64,000 bases of DNA from Squalus acanthias (Eukaryota). The stretch is from contig CM059432.1 of the NCBI GenBank assembly GCA_030390025.1, positions 13,082,001 to 13,146,000 on the forward strand. The letters are read 5' to 3'. The notes below the pieces were generated by a model that had not been told where the DNA came from, searched no databases, and was given only the letters and a program-made list of their open reading frames with translations. Of the stretch, positions 13,955-26,030 are shown piece after piece; position 1 is the first letter of the stretch; each line of letters begins with the position of its first letter. Both the position numbers and the translations under genes were made by a program.

Positions 13955-14302
13955 ATCATAGAATAGTACAACACAGAAGGAAGCCATTCGGCCCATCAAG
14001 CCTGCGCCGGCTCTTTCGAGGAGCAATCCAGTTATCCAATTCCCTTTTGAAGGCTACTATTGAATCTGTATCCACCACCCTATCAGGCAGCGCATTCCAA
14101 ATCCTAACCACTCGTTGTGTAAAAAAGTTTTTCCCTCATGTCAACTCTGGTTCTTTTGCCAATCACCTTAAATCTGTGCCCTCTGGTTACCGACCCTTCA
14201 GCCATTGGAAATAGTTTCTCTTTATTTATTCTATCTAAACCCTTCATGATTTTAAACACCTCAATCAAATCTCTGCTTCGCCTTCTCTGCTCTATGGAGA
14301 AT
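13955..14302 (-). mobile_element. CR1 3' fragment
   Basis: atcatagaat tail and the antisense of the FFTQRVVRIWNALP-type coding region. Confidence 0.8.
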
Positions 14303-14379
14303 CTCTAACATCTTTAGATGTTCCTAAATTACCTTTGCAGCATCAAACTAGTAACTAAACCTGAAGGTGGTAAATTTAT

Positions 14380-16675
14380 TGATGAAAGCTGGGAGAAGCA
14401 GATGAGGACATTGCAGATGCCCGAACTATAATCTTCCAAAGTTCTCTCTCGGACCGTAACTCTAGATTAGAAAATTGTGCACGTGACTCTGCTATTTAAG
14501 AAAGATGAGAGGGAAACCAGGGAATTATAGACCATGGAATTGAAGGCAAATTATTGACTTGGTTAGGAAATTGGCTGAGTGGCAGGAGACAGAGAGCAGG
14601 GATAACGGACAGGTACTCAAATTAGCAGGATGTGACTAGTGGCGTCCTGCAAGGATCTGTGTTGGGGCCTCAACTATTCACAGAATTTATTAATGACTTA
14701 GATGCTGGGATAGAAAGCCACATATGTTAGCATGGATAGAGAATTGGCTAACAGAAAGCAAAGAGTCAGGATAAATGGGTCATTTTCCGGTTGGCAAACG
14801 GTAACTAGCGGGGTGCCACAGGGATCGGTGCTGGGGCCTCAACTATTTACAATCTACATTAATGACTTGGATGAAGGGACCGAGTGTAATGTAGCCAAGT
14901 TTGCAGATGATACAAAGATGGGTGGGAAAGCAAGTTGTGCAGAGGACTCAAAGAACCTGCAAAGGGATATAGACAGGCTAAGTGAGTGGGCAAACATTTG
15001 GCAGATGGAGTATAATGCAGGAAAGTGCGAGGTTATCCACTTTGGTAGGAAAAATAAAAAAACAAGTTATTATTTAAATGGAGAGAGATTACAAAATGCT
15101 ACAGTTCAGAGGGACCTGGGGGTCCTTGTGCATGAAACACAAAAAGTTAGCATGCAGGTACAGCAAGTAATCAAAAAGGCAAATGGAATGTTGGCCTTTA
15201 TTGCAAGGGGGTTGGACTGTAAAAGCAGGGAAGTCCTGCTCCAACTATACAGGGTATTGGTGAGACCACACCTTGAGTACTGCGTACAGTTCTGGTCTCC
15301 TTATTTAAGGAAGGATATACTTGCGTTGGAATCAGTTCAGAGACGATTCACTAGGTTAATTCCAGAGATGAGGGGGTTGACTTATGAAGAAAGGTTGAGC
15401 AGGTTGGGCCTATACTCATTGGAATTTAGAAGAATGAGAGGTGATCTTATTGAAACATATGATACTGAGGGGGCTCGACAAGGTAGATGCAGAGAGGATG
15501 TTTCCCCTCGTGGGGGAATCTAGAACGCGGGGGCACTGTTTCAGAATAAAGAGTCGCCCTTTTAGAACTGAGATGAGGAGGAATTTCTTCTCTCAGAGGG
15601 TCGTAAATCTGTGGAATTCTCTGCCCCAGAGAGCCGTGGAGGCTGGGTCATTAAATACATTTAAGGTGGAGGTAGACAGATTTTTGCAAGATAAGGGAGT
15701 GAAGGGTTATGGGGAGCGGGCAGGGAAGTGGCTTTGAGCCCAAGATCAGCCATGATTTTATTGAATGACAGAGCAGGCTCGAAGGGCCAAGTGGCCTATT
15801 CCTGCTCCTATTTCTTATGTTCTTATCCAAATTTGCAGATGGCACAAAGATAGGCGGCATTATAAGCAAATTATAAAGATATTAATAGATTAAGCAAATA
15901 GGCAAAACAGTGGCAAATGAGAGGTCATCCACTTTGGACCTAAAAAGGATAGAACAGGGTACTTTCTAAATGGTGAAAAGCTAACAACAGTGGAGGTCCA
16001 AAGAGACTTGGGGGGTCCAGGTACATAGATCATTAAAATGTCATGAACAGGTACAGAAAATAATCAAAAAAGCTAATGGAATGCTGGCCTTTATATCTAG
16101 AGGACTAGAATACAAAGGGTTAGAAGTTATGCTACAGCTGTACAAACCCTTGGTTAGACCACACCTGGAGTACTGTGAGCAGTTCTGGGCACCACACCTT
16201 AGGAAGGATATATTAGCCATGGAGGGAGCGCAGCGTAGATTTACCAGAAAGATACCCGGACTCCAAGGGTTAAGTTACAAGGAGAGATTACACAAACTAG
16301 GTTTGCATTCCCTAGCATTTAGAAGGTTAAGGGGTGAATTGATCGAAGTTTTCAAGATATAAGGGGAACTGATGGGCTAGATAGAGAGAAATTATTTCCG
16401 CTGGTTGGGGATTCTAGGATTAGGGGGCATAGTCTAAAAATTAAAGCCAGGCCTTTCAGGAGTGAAATTAAGAAACACACAAAGGGTGGTAGAAGTTTGG
16501 AACTCTCTTCCGCAAACAGCAATTGATGCTAGATCAATTGTTAATTTTAAATCTGAGATTGATAGCTTTTTGTTAACTAAAGGTATTAAGGGATATGGGC
16601 CAAAGGCAGGTATATGGAGTTAGGTCGCAGATCAGCCATGATCTCATTGAATGGCGGTACAGGCTCGAGGGGCCA
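14380..16675 (+). mobile_element. Older CR1 interrupted by a younger CR1 (about 14726-15825)
   Basis: Degraded RT at 14380-14725 resumes at 15826 (tccaaatttgcagat); the inner copy has ORFs 14732-15523 and 15441-15737 and its own ttcttatgttcttat tail. Confidence 0.85.
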
Positions 16676-17271
16676 AAGTTGAAAGAGACCCAGACATCTA
16701 TTCCCCAGCTGTATAATCCACTGAAGAATGTCCCATGACCAATTCATGGTTTGAAAATGTCCCTGGGAATGAATTAGTACTTCTATGCCAAGCTGAACTC
16801 ATGTGTCTGTGCCAAGTTATGATTTTCTTGAAAGCAAATTCACTACCCAGTGAATGATTCAGCCATATCAACCCCTTTCCTGAGTTTCAAATAGATTTCA
16901 CACTTCGGACTCATCTGATGACAGAACACTTTGTGGACAGATGCTGTACGAATCATTTGCATCTGACGCTTGATGCAAATTTTTAAAATCAGGAGCTGGC
17001 CTGTGCCAGTGACTGAGGTGGAGTTACCAGAGTACGCTGCAGAAACCCAATACTCAAAATAGTATTAGTGCAATTAGCTGTACAAGGACATGGTAACTTA
17101 AAAGAATGAATAAACAGCAAATTTACAAACTCCTAGCTTGAGAGACAGAAATCTTCTGCTGAGAGAAACAACCAACTAAGGCCATTGCTAAGAATTAGGT
17201 CTTGTATAGAACAAAGTGGAGCTAAATTACTTGACTACATAAGATATAAATTGCCACCAGTTTCACTTTTA

Positions 17272-17716
17272 GTGTCAGCCATGGCTCGGAGTCAGAAGGT
17301 TGTGGGTTCAAGCCCCACTCCAGACTTCTTGAGCACAAAAAAATCTAGGCTGACATTCCAGTGCAGTGCTGAGGGAATGCTGCACTGTCAGAGGTGCCGT
17401 CTTTCGGTTGAGACGTTAAACCAAGGCCCCATCTGCTCTGGTGGACGTAAAAGATCCCACGGCACTATTTCGAAGAAGAGCAGGGGAGTTATCCGCGGTG
17501 TCCTGGCCACTATTTATCCCTCAATCAACATAACACAAGAGAGAGATTATCTGGTCATTATCACATTGCTGTTTGTGGGAGCTTGCTGTGCGCAAATTGG
17601 CTGCCACGTTTCCTACATTACAACAGTGACTACACTTCAAAAGTACTTAATTGACTGTAAAGCGCTTTAGGACACCCTGAGGTTGTGAAAGGCGCTATAT
17701 AAATGCAAGTCTTTCT
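17272..17716 (+). mobile_element. tRNA-derived SINE (Deu/SacSINE1-like)
   Basis: Reverse-orientation paralogue of 11067-11527. Confidence 0.8.
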
Positions 17717-18014
17717 CACAGATTATAAAGAAATTTCTGCCCATTTTAGTTCATTCAGAATAATCCTAAAGTCCCCCATCAGAGCATCGAATCAGTTTTT
17801 GAATGATTCCAGAGTTTTCACATTCACTACTCTATCTGGGAGTCCATTCCATAGGTTAATCACTCCATATGTAAATAAGGACTTTGTGATAGCAGTACTA
17901 AATCTGCTTTTAACTGGTTTGAACCTGTTGTCCCTTGTTCTGCTCTTGAAAATTAATTTAAAGTAATTTTCTGGATTTAGATTTTCCATACTGTTTACAA
18001 CCGTATAAGATCAC

Positions 18015-18897
18015 GGGGGGAGAAATTCGGTATTGCCCCGTTTGGGGCACAATGTTTAGTGCCTGGTGCTAATTATCGCCTCCGACTGCAAACTTGGCTT
18101 CTATCGCCCCTGGAAGTGATTGGAGCGCTAAATCAGGTGCTACACACCTCTGTTAAGGCACTAACACCGAGGAGCAAGGTGCTACCTCAGAGCGCTGGCG
18201 AAGCTCAGGTGATGTCAGTCAGCAATGGAACACAGACACACTGGCGCCGGCCAGTTCTTAAAGGGGAGGGTCGATCTTGCTCTCCATCCACACCCTGCTC
18301 ATTGCAGCCTTGAATCTCGGCCGAGAGACCTGTACATCAATTCTGCTGGAAAGAACAATGGAGGGCGCCCAGGGAAAGAGCTCAGAGTGTAGTCCCCATA
18401 GTCTCTTCTAAATCGATGCAAGGAAGATCAAATCAAAATGAACCTGCAAAGTGCAGCTCAGTACCCAAAACTCCTTCACACAGCGTTGAATCTTTCCCGA
18501 AGTCTCTCTCTCTCTCTTTCTCTCTCTGAATGCGTGGTGCAAAAATGTCGCCGACAAAAAAAGTCAGAAGCGGTCGCCTTTAAATAGCACTCCCCCAGTC
18601 CCTTCCCAACTGCAAAACGTTCCCCTCAACTTCTCGTTGCGAGCGGCAGGCGGTAAGGCAGGGGGCGCCACTCAATATCCGGTCTGGGGCACTACCGAGG
18701 CATTGCGCGCTCGACTGACGTCACGATCTGCGGGCGCAGGAGATCATGGCGGTAGTGTTTAGCGCCGCCGCAAAATGTCTGGTCAATTTCACGAGCAGCG
18801 CAAACATCGCCGCGCCCGGGCGCGAGTTGCTTTGTGCCCCATTAGCGCACTCTTAGGGCGCTAACAGGAGGTGCAAACCAACCGAATTTTCCCCCCC
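18015..18897 (-). mobile_element. Non-autonomous PIF/Harbinger MITE, internal-deletion derivative of the 37851-42120 family
   Basis: Ends GGGGG(A/G)AAATT...AATTTTCCCCC match both ends of the full element; apparent 3-bp TSD CAC; near-identical to 53300-54143. Confidence 0.85.
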
Positions 18898-21115
18898 CAC
18901 CTCTCATACACCTCCATTCCAGTCTGAAAAGCCAAGTTTCTCCAGTCTTTTGTCATACCTCAGAATCAACGTTGTGGCTCTTCACTTCACTGCCTCCAGC
19001 ACCTGAATATCTCCCTTGTATCTCGGTGACCAGAACTAGACACAGTACTTGAGTGTGGCCTGACCAGAGAAACTATAGAGTTTGATCATCACTTCCTCTG
19101 GTTTCTAATCTACTGTTTTAGCCATTGGTTTTGTTGATAGCAGACTTAGCACTCAACCAATTCAGCAAAGACTCTTTAGCTCTTTTTCGTAACCATTTCC
19201 AAACCATCCATGGGCCATGTCTGTTACCTATTTCTTCTCCCTAGAAGCAATATTTTACATTTGTCTGTATTCATTTTTATCTGCCAGTTTTTTTCCCATT
19301 TACATATCTTGTTCAACTCTTTTCTGCAATTTATGAGTTGCATCTTCCAATTACTGCCCCTCCTAGTGTATCATTTGCAAATTTGACCAACTTACATTGA
19401 TTTTCTGAGTCCAACTCATTAATACAAATTAGGAGTTGTGACCCCAATGCCAATCCAAGGCACCCTGTCAATACTTCCCCCACCCCAGCTTAACTCCTCT
19501 AACGTACCCATTGTTTTCTAGCCAATGCACAATTTCTTATTCATATCGGAGGTTTACCTTGAATCCTCGCAGCCTTTAGCTTAATAATCTTTGTGTGGAA
19601 ATTTGTCAAATGCCTTCTACATGTCTAGATACACAGTCCACTGGGGCTAGAACTTCCTCACAGCAATTGCAGAGGTTGGCCAGGCAGGATCTTCCTCTTC
19701 TGAATCAATGTCAGTTGCTGCTAACTAAGTTATTACTGCGCAGATAATCTTCAAGTTTATATCAGATAATCAATTTCCTTATTTTTACACAGGGCAAGAC
19801 TAATGGGCCTTGTAATTGCCAGTGTCTGATGTGTTGCCCTTTGGAATATGACCACATTTGTGGATTTTGAAACTAGTGGTACCGACCCAGTATCCAGTGA
19901 CTCCCTTACGATAGTCAATAACTCCCTGGTTCCTTTAGCTCTTTGGGATATGTATTATATATCCTTGGTGGGGTTTTTTTATTGGTTTTGAGTACTTTTA
20001 GCCTATCTAGGGTTTTTTTTTAAAATGGTTTTGAGTCCTTTTAGCCTATCTAGAGCTTTCATCATATCAAAACCATTAATTTTTCCTGGGCTAACTGTTT
20101 GGGGAAGGCATTGCTCATGTCTTCCCTTGAGAATATTTGGAGGAATTAATCATATAGAATGTCTACTAACTAATGCAAGGCCTTCCTTTCAAGCCCATTT
20201 GAATCTTTTATGGTTCTTATCCCCGATTGCTCTTGTACTGTTGTGTACTGTTTGCAACTGCATCTATGATATCTCTTATCGTGTTTCTTTGCGTTCTTGT
20301 ATTCAGCCGGGTAAACTACATCTCCTTTTTCCCTACAGGAGTTTGAGGGGTTATTTTCCTCTCTATTTTACTTTTGATGTGTTTATTAATCCATTTAGGA
20401 CCATGCTGGTTCTGGGTATCTATTTATCCAGCATGCTCAACATTACGCATTTCAATGGTATTCCACTTGTCCTCTACTTTCTCACCTGAACTCATATTCT
20501 TTGGCTCATTAGTCCAGGCCTCTGGATTCCTAGTCCAGTAACATAACCACTATACTATCATGCCACACCACTGAAATTATCACCTTTGAAGTTATATGCC
20601 CAGCACTCGGTCTTTGGTATATCAAATCCCATATCACATTGAATTTAAACCATTGAATGGTCGCTATCCTCCTTCCCCACCACCCCCCCTCCCTCCCCCA
20701 AAGCAGGCCACGACTTCCATATTCCATATGTGGTCTAGGTCATTTGCAAAAGTCAGGTTAAGAAACATTACTTCTCTAATGTACTGGGTCACAGAGCAGT
20801 TGTGCATTACATTTACCAGCTCAGACTCCAATCCACTTGGGTTTCCCCCATACTGATTGAAGTCATCCATTAAAATAACTTCCCTATTCTCACCTGACCT
20901 CCACAGAAGGGGCTGTCTTCCTTCTTGCGCTGACCTGGTGTCAGCTTGGATTTCTTTCTCCCCCCCCCCCCTCCCCCAATATTAGAAATGTCTAACCAGA
21001 GTAGTTAATCGGGTAGTTTTCCAACTGCCACAGAAACAACTTCATTTACCTCACAGGCCTCCGACATATGGCTGCACCATCTACTTTGCTGTCCACCATC
21101 TTTTCTGAACACTAT

Positions 21116-21381
21116 GGCCCCGATTTTAACTCCAGGTGGATTCCCCGCTCAGGCCCAAGTTAAAATTACAGCCGGGTTTCAATGATGTCATCGGGCCACA
21201 ACATTTCTGTAACAAAGGACGCTGTTGGCTCCGGGCGCGTGTCCTTGCTGCCTGCTCAGGAGAGCAGGTTAAAATTGCAGATATTGCGAACATGACGGCT
21301 TTCAGACAGGCAAGAGCCAGGGCGATTTTAACCACCCACCCGCCAGGTTTCTGCTGAGCGAGTAGGGTTAAAATCGCCCCC
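21116..21381. mobile_element. Probable Harbinger-type MITE
   Basis: Imperfect TIR GGSSSCGATTTTAACYC at both ends; a GC-rich insert in the old CR1. Confidence 0.55.
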
Positions 21382-21595
21382 ATTAATACCTCTGAATATT
21401 ACATCCATTCCCATCCTCTGAAGTTAGCTACTTTTGTTATTCCTATTACATCAGTTTCCTACAGCTACAAGTCTCCAGATTCAGAATCATATTCCTAAAG
21501 CTTCTAGTATGTGTGTACACAGATGTTGATACAGATTTTCCTCCTTTTCACATACCTACCTTTACCTGGTCACTGCATATTAATCGGAGTTTCTC

Positions 21596-22202
21596 GGGGG
21601 AATTTTAACTGCGAGCAGGATGCAGGTGGGCGTGAAACACACCCGATCTTGGCAGCATCAGACCCGTGCGATTGGAACTCCCGGGCCTCAGTTGCCTTCC
21701 GCCGGACTTCTGCCTGCCCAGACAGGCGGGAAGTTGCAGCTAGCAGGCGGGCAGGAGCGTAAGTTTGGACTACAAGATGCTGCCGTTCACAAGCAAGGTA
21801 GGTAAGTCACAGGGAGGCCTAAACTTTCCTCATGGCCTGGAGAGCAGTCCTGCTCCTCATGGCCACACACGTTTAAAAAACACTTGCTTTAAGTGGCCTC
21901 TTGACCTGGATCCTCTTTCGTTGATTTCACCTGGTTTCAGGGCCGGGGGGAGGGTGGTGAAGGGGCCACAGCAGCTTCACTGTTCAGCGTTAAAATTATA
22001 GTCAGGATCTGATGACATCGGACACAGATGTACATTTGAAGAAAGGACCCCCACCAGCTTCAGGCGGGTGTCTTTGCCAATTGTTCACAAGAGCAGGATA
22101 TAAATTGAAGACGACAGGATCCAGGCGAGTCATTCACGGGTAAGCCAGCGGGCCAAGTTTTAAACGGCCCACCTGCGTGGTGTCTGTGGGTTAAAAATCG
22201 CC
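21596..22202. mobile_element. Possible Harbinger-type MITE
   Basis: Ends GGGGGAATTTTAAC and GTTAAAAATCGCC; GC-rich; TSD not resolved. Confidence 0.4.
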
Positions 22203-22303
22203 ACTTCTGTGTCCATACACACCCAACTACCTTCTACACTGCATCGAGTATCAGCTGATAACCAGTTTCCTCCCTGCCCTCCCCATCCCACCCCACCTAT
22301 CAT

Positions 22304-22718
22304 GGTGTACGGTAGCATAGTGGTAATGTTACTGGACTAGTAATCCAGAGGCCTGGGCTAACGATCCAGAGACATGAGTTCATAATCACACCAAGGCAGC
22401 TGCGAAATTTAAATTCAGTTAATTAAATAAATAAAAATCTGGAATAAAGCGCTAGTATTAGTAATGGCGATCATGAAACTGTCTTAAAAACGCATCTAGT
22501 TCACTAACGTCCTTTAGGGAAGGAAATCTGCCGTCCCTACCCGGTCTGGCCTATATGTGACTCCAGACCCACAGCACTGTGGTTAACGCTCAACTCCCCT
22601 CTGAAATGGCCTAGCAAACCAGTCATTTGTATAAGGCGGCTCACCACCACCATCTCAAGGGCAATAAATGCTGGCCTTGGCAGCAACGCCCACATCCCGT
22701 GAATGAATAAAAAAAAAA
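22304..22718 (+). mobile_element. HE1-like tRNA-derived SINE
   Basis: ggtagcatagtggtaatgttactggactag head, HER1-type 3' end and A tail; paralogue at 52835. Confidence 0.8.
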
Positions 22719-24424
22719 TCCAGTTTAAATGATTCTCAATTACTGACTCAGTTATTCAGAAGTCTTTGTCCTTATTTACAGCCAGTCCTATCTCTACATG
22801 TCCTTTTTATTTTTGACTGTGTTCTGTTATTTATGAATGATTTGTTTAGATGTCTCTACATTAAAATAAAATTGCAATTTTTGTGGTTTGCACATGTAGG
22901 ATTAGAGACATTGCCGAATTAGTACATACTTTTTGACATTCTTGCTAAATTAGTTTTAAAAAAGTAATGCATCACATTGCACATGATTAGCTCCATATGC
23001 CCCATCAAAATGGTTTATTTCCAAGATTTTTCAAGCACCAGCACATAAAGGGTTCAACCGTAAAACACAAAAATATTTGGAGTGAATGACACAAGCAGGT
23101 TCAAGTCCAACCAGACTGATGGGGTAATGTTTAATCCAGCCGCAGTAAGGTCCTCGTAGTTTCTAAAAAGTCAGGAAGGGCACGTTGGGCGCAGTGACCT
23201 ACTCTTGCTCCTAAACTGCTTATGGTCTCCCTCAAGATCATAAGGATGATTGCAAGGAGGAGAGCGTTCAGATGGCACAGAATACATTTTCTCAGCATTT
23301 CATCATACTGAATTTGGTTCAAGATTGCCATTGGTCTATTCTCCAGCATATCATCGCTCCTATTAATCAATAAAATTCACCAAAACATTTTAAGTTCAGA
23401 AAGCATTTCATACCTTTAGTTTGAAAGCACTAAGCATTTTAAAACAAAATTCATGGGCATTTCTAAAAGGATAGCTCTGCTCAATAAAGCAAATATAAAT
23501 GTTTAAACTTTGCCCCGCCAGTATCTGTAGCAAGCACTCCCAGGTCAAGTACAGCACAGCAGAATGCAGAGTAGACCTCGCTCAACCTCAAAAGTACCCA
23601 CACCTACACCTGTATAATGTTTATCAGGTTTCACACCAGCCTTCATGATCCGAATGAACATGCAAATGTGGGTTCAAATCAGAGGCAGCTTTGTACTGTA
23701 GACATGCACCCACTAGTAACCAGGCTGAAAATCTCCAAACTCCAGGCAAGACCCTACAGCAAATAAATATACTTTATTTTGATCTGTGATTAATTATACT
23801 AGGGTTTAAAGAAAAGTCGTTTTTGTCACATACATTTCTTCCTACAAAATTTGATTTTTCTCCCTGTCTTTTGTAGTCATTAGCTACAGTGAGTTTGTAG
23901 ATAGAAGAGCAGGTGTCTAAATCTTAGATATTTCAACCACATTGACATTTTGCATCATAGTTGCACAGGTTTCAATAACCTCAAGTAGTACTGCCCCTCA
24001 TTCCAAATGACTACAATCTAACAATTGCAGTATTGTCTGTTACAGAGATAGGTGGGATACATAAAGAGACGGATCTCTTATTAAAACTGTAAACTTGGAC
24101 AGGAATAAAGGCACTGCAAAGCACAAAACTCCTAGTCCATTTTTCTGATAGCTCATTAAAGAGTTATACCAAGTTTATAATGATCCAAAGGTACCTGGCT
24201 TTGAATCTCACCTTGACCTCCAATGGTCTTTGATTAGAGACAGGTAAACTACAATGGCAAAACAGAGGTAAGTAGTTCTAAAATCCAATGTACAGAGGTC
24301 ATTTCTGCATAACAAGTTCACATCATGTAAAAGTAATGCTAGAATAATGTGTCGGTTCTGTATCAGCAGATGATATATGGCCATACCTAAAATGCAAATA
24401 CTAAAGCCTGGTGATAACACAGTT

Positions 24425-24644
24425 GAGAGGTCGCACAACACCAGGTTATAGTCCAACAGTTTTATTTGAAATCACAAGCTTTCGGAGCTATCGATCGCCC
24501 CTTCCTCAGGTGAACTTCACCTGAGGAAGGGGCGATCGATAGCTCCAAAAGCTTGTGATTTCAAATAAAACTGTTGGACTATAACCTGGTGTTGTGCGAC
24601 CTCTCAATTTTGTCCACCCCAGTCCAACACCGGCATCTCCGCAC
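24425..24644. mobile_element. Penelope-like pLTR remnant, head-to-head palindrome
   Basis: About 90-bp arms around a 1-nt centre (24515); 12-bp TSD GATAACACAGTT (24413-24424 and 24645-24656); sequence matches the 3' end of the GIY-YIG element at 58683-60128. Confidence 0.9.
24472..24514 (-). ncRNA. Minimal type-I hammerhead ribozyme motif
   Basis: On the minus strand: ttcac-CUGAGGA-a-ggggc(gaucgaua)gcucc-GAA-AGCU-U-guga. The plus-strand twin at 24516-24558 has GAA changed to AAA. Confidence 0.7.
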
Positions 24645-25321
24645 GATAACACAGTTAACATGTTGAAATGTCAGAAGGCTTCAAACCTGCAACTAATAAT
24701 ATGTAAAAGACAGGGGCCCTAGCTATTATAGCACTATTTTGGGGGGAATTATTTCAGCAAGTACATTTCAGAGATGACTACATACAATAGCTTTTTTGTA
24801 ATGATATTTATGTGAACAAGAACAAAATTCTCCATTTGTTGATGGTAGACAGACTTCTTTTTAAAGCCATATACAGACAGGTTTATTCATAGGATCAATT
24901 ATGCAAGCGGATCAATATTTTCCTACAGTTTAAAAAAACCAAACATGGGCAGGAAAACACTGAACAATGGATATTTTTCATCAGAACAACTATAGCATTT
25001 TTGAAGAGCTGTTTGGTTGATTCATACACAAATATGGTCGTTACTCCTTCAATACATTAGGGAGAATTATTAAACTTTCAAATGGAGGAAAAATCTGCAG
25101 CATGAACCACGCATCAAAACATTGTTTAGGCAAGTGTTTCAAATTACTTCTTGTGCAGCTTTTCCGAGTCTGCAAATAGTCTATATATACTGAAGTGTTT
25201 TCTTGAACACAAGCTTAATTTCCACCTTGGTCCTTGAATTTAAAAAGCTTCTTCTAAAGAACCGTTATTACTGTTTGAAATTTAAACTTTGTAATATTTG
25301 ATCTAAATTTGTGTTCAATAG

Positions 25322-26030
25322 AACAACAGCTTGTATTTATATAGCGCCTTTAACGTAGTAAAACGTCCCAAGGCGCTTCACAGGAATATTAGAAGACAAA
25401 TAATTTGACACCGAGCCACATAAGGAGATATTAGGGCAGATGACCAAAATCTTGGTCAAAGAGGTAGGTTTTAAGGAACGTCTTAAAAGGAGGAAAGAGC
25501 GGTAGCGAGGCGGAGAGGTTTAGGCAGGGAATTCCAGAGCTTAGGGCCTAGGCAACAGAAGGCACGGCCACCAAAGATTGACCGATTATAATCAAGAGGG
25601 CAGAATTAGAGGAGCGCAGATATCTCGGGGGGGATTGTGGGGCTGAAGGAGATTACAGAGATAGGGAGGGACAAGGCCATGGAAGGATTTGAAAACAAGG
25701 ATGAGAATTTTGAAATCGAGGCGTTGCTTAACTGGGAGCCAATGTAGGTCAGCGAGCACAGGGGTGATGGGCGAACGGGACTTGGTGCGAGTTAGGACAC
25801 GGGCAGCCGAGTTTTGGATGACCCCAAGTTTACATAGGGTGGAATGTGGGAGGCCAGCCAGGAGTGCGTTGGAATAGTCAAGTCTAGAGGTAACAGAGGC
25901 ATGGATGAGGTTTTCAGCAGCGGATGGGCTGAGGCAAGGGCGGAGACGGGCGATGTTACGGAGGTGGAAATAGGCGGTCTTAGTTATGCTGCGGATATGT
26001 GGTCGGAAGCTCATTTCAGGATCAAATATG
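25322..26030 (-). mobile_element. L2 LINE 3' fragment
   Basis: ORF with TKTAYFHLRNIARLR...SRLDYSNALLAGLP...LHWLPVKQR. Confidence 0.92.

Larger units (their letters stand above)
17720..21550 (-). mobile_element. Highly degraded long CR1 ORF2 (APE to RT) with nested insertions
   Basis: Remnant motifs: VINLWNGLP near 17850, MDDFN (GDFN-like) at 20870 and a DVIGIT-like APE motif near 21450; interrupted by MITEs and a SINE head. Confidence 0.6.

Noticed and set aside
22304..22400. tRNA gene
   Set aside because: The A/B boxes belong to a SINE head and there is no complete cloverleaf; the same applies to the other SINE heads
23131..23370. 79-aa minus-strand ORF with a hydrophobic stretch
   Set aside because: No recognisable homology, a weak acceptor and no compatible partner exon
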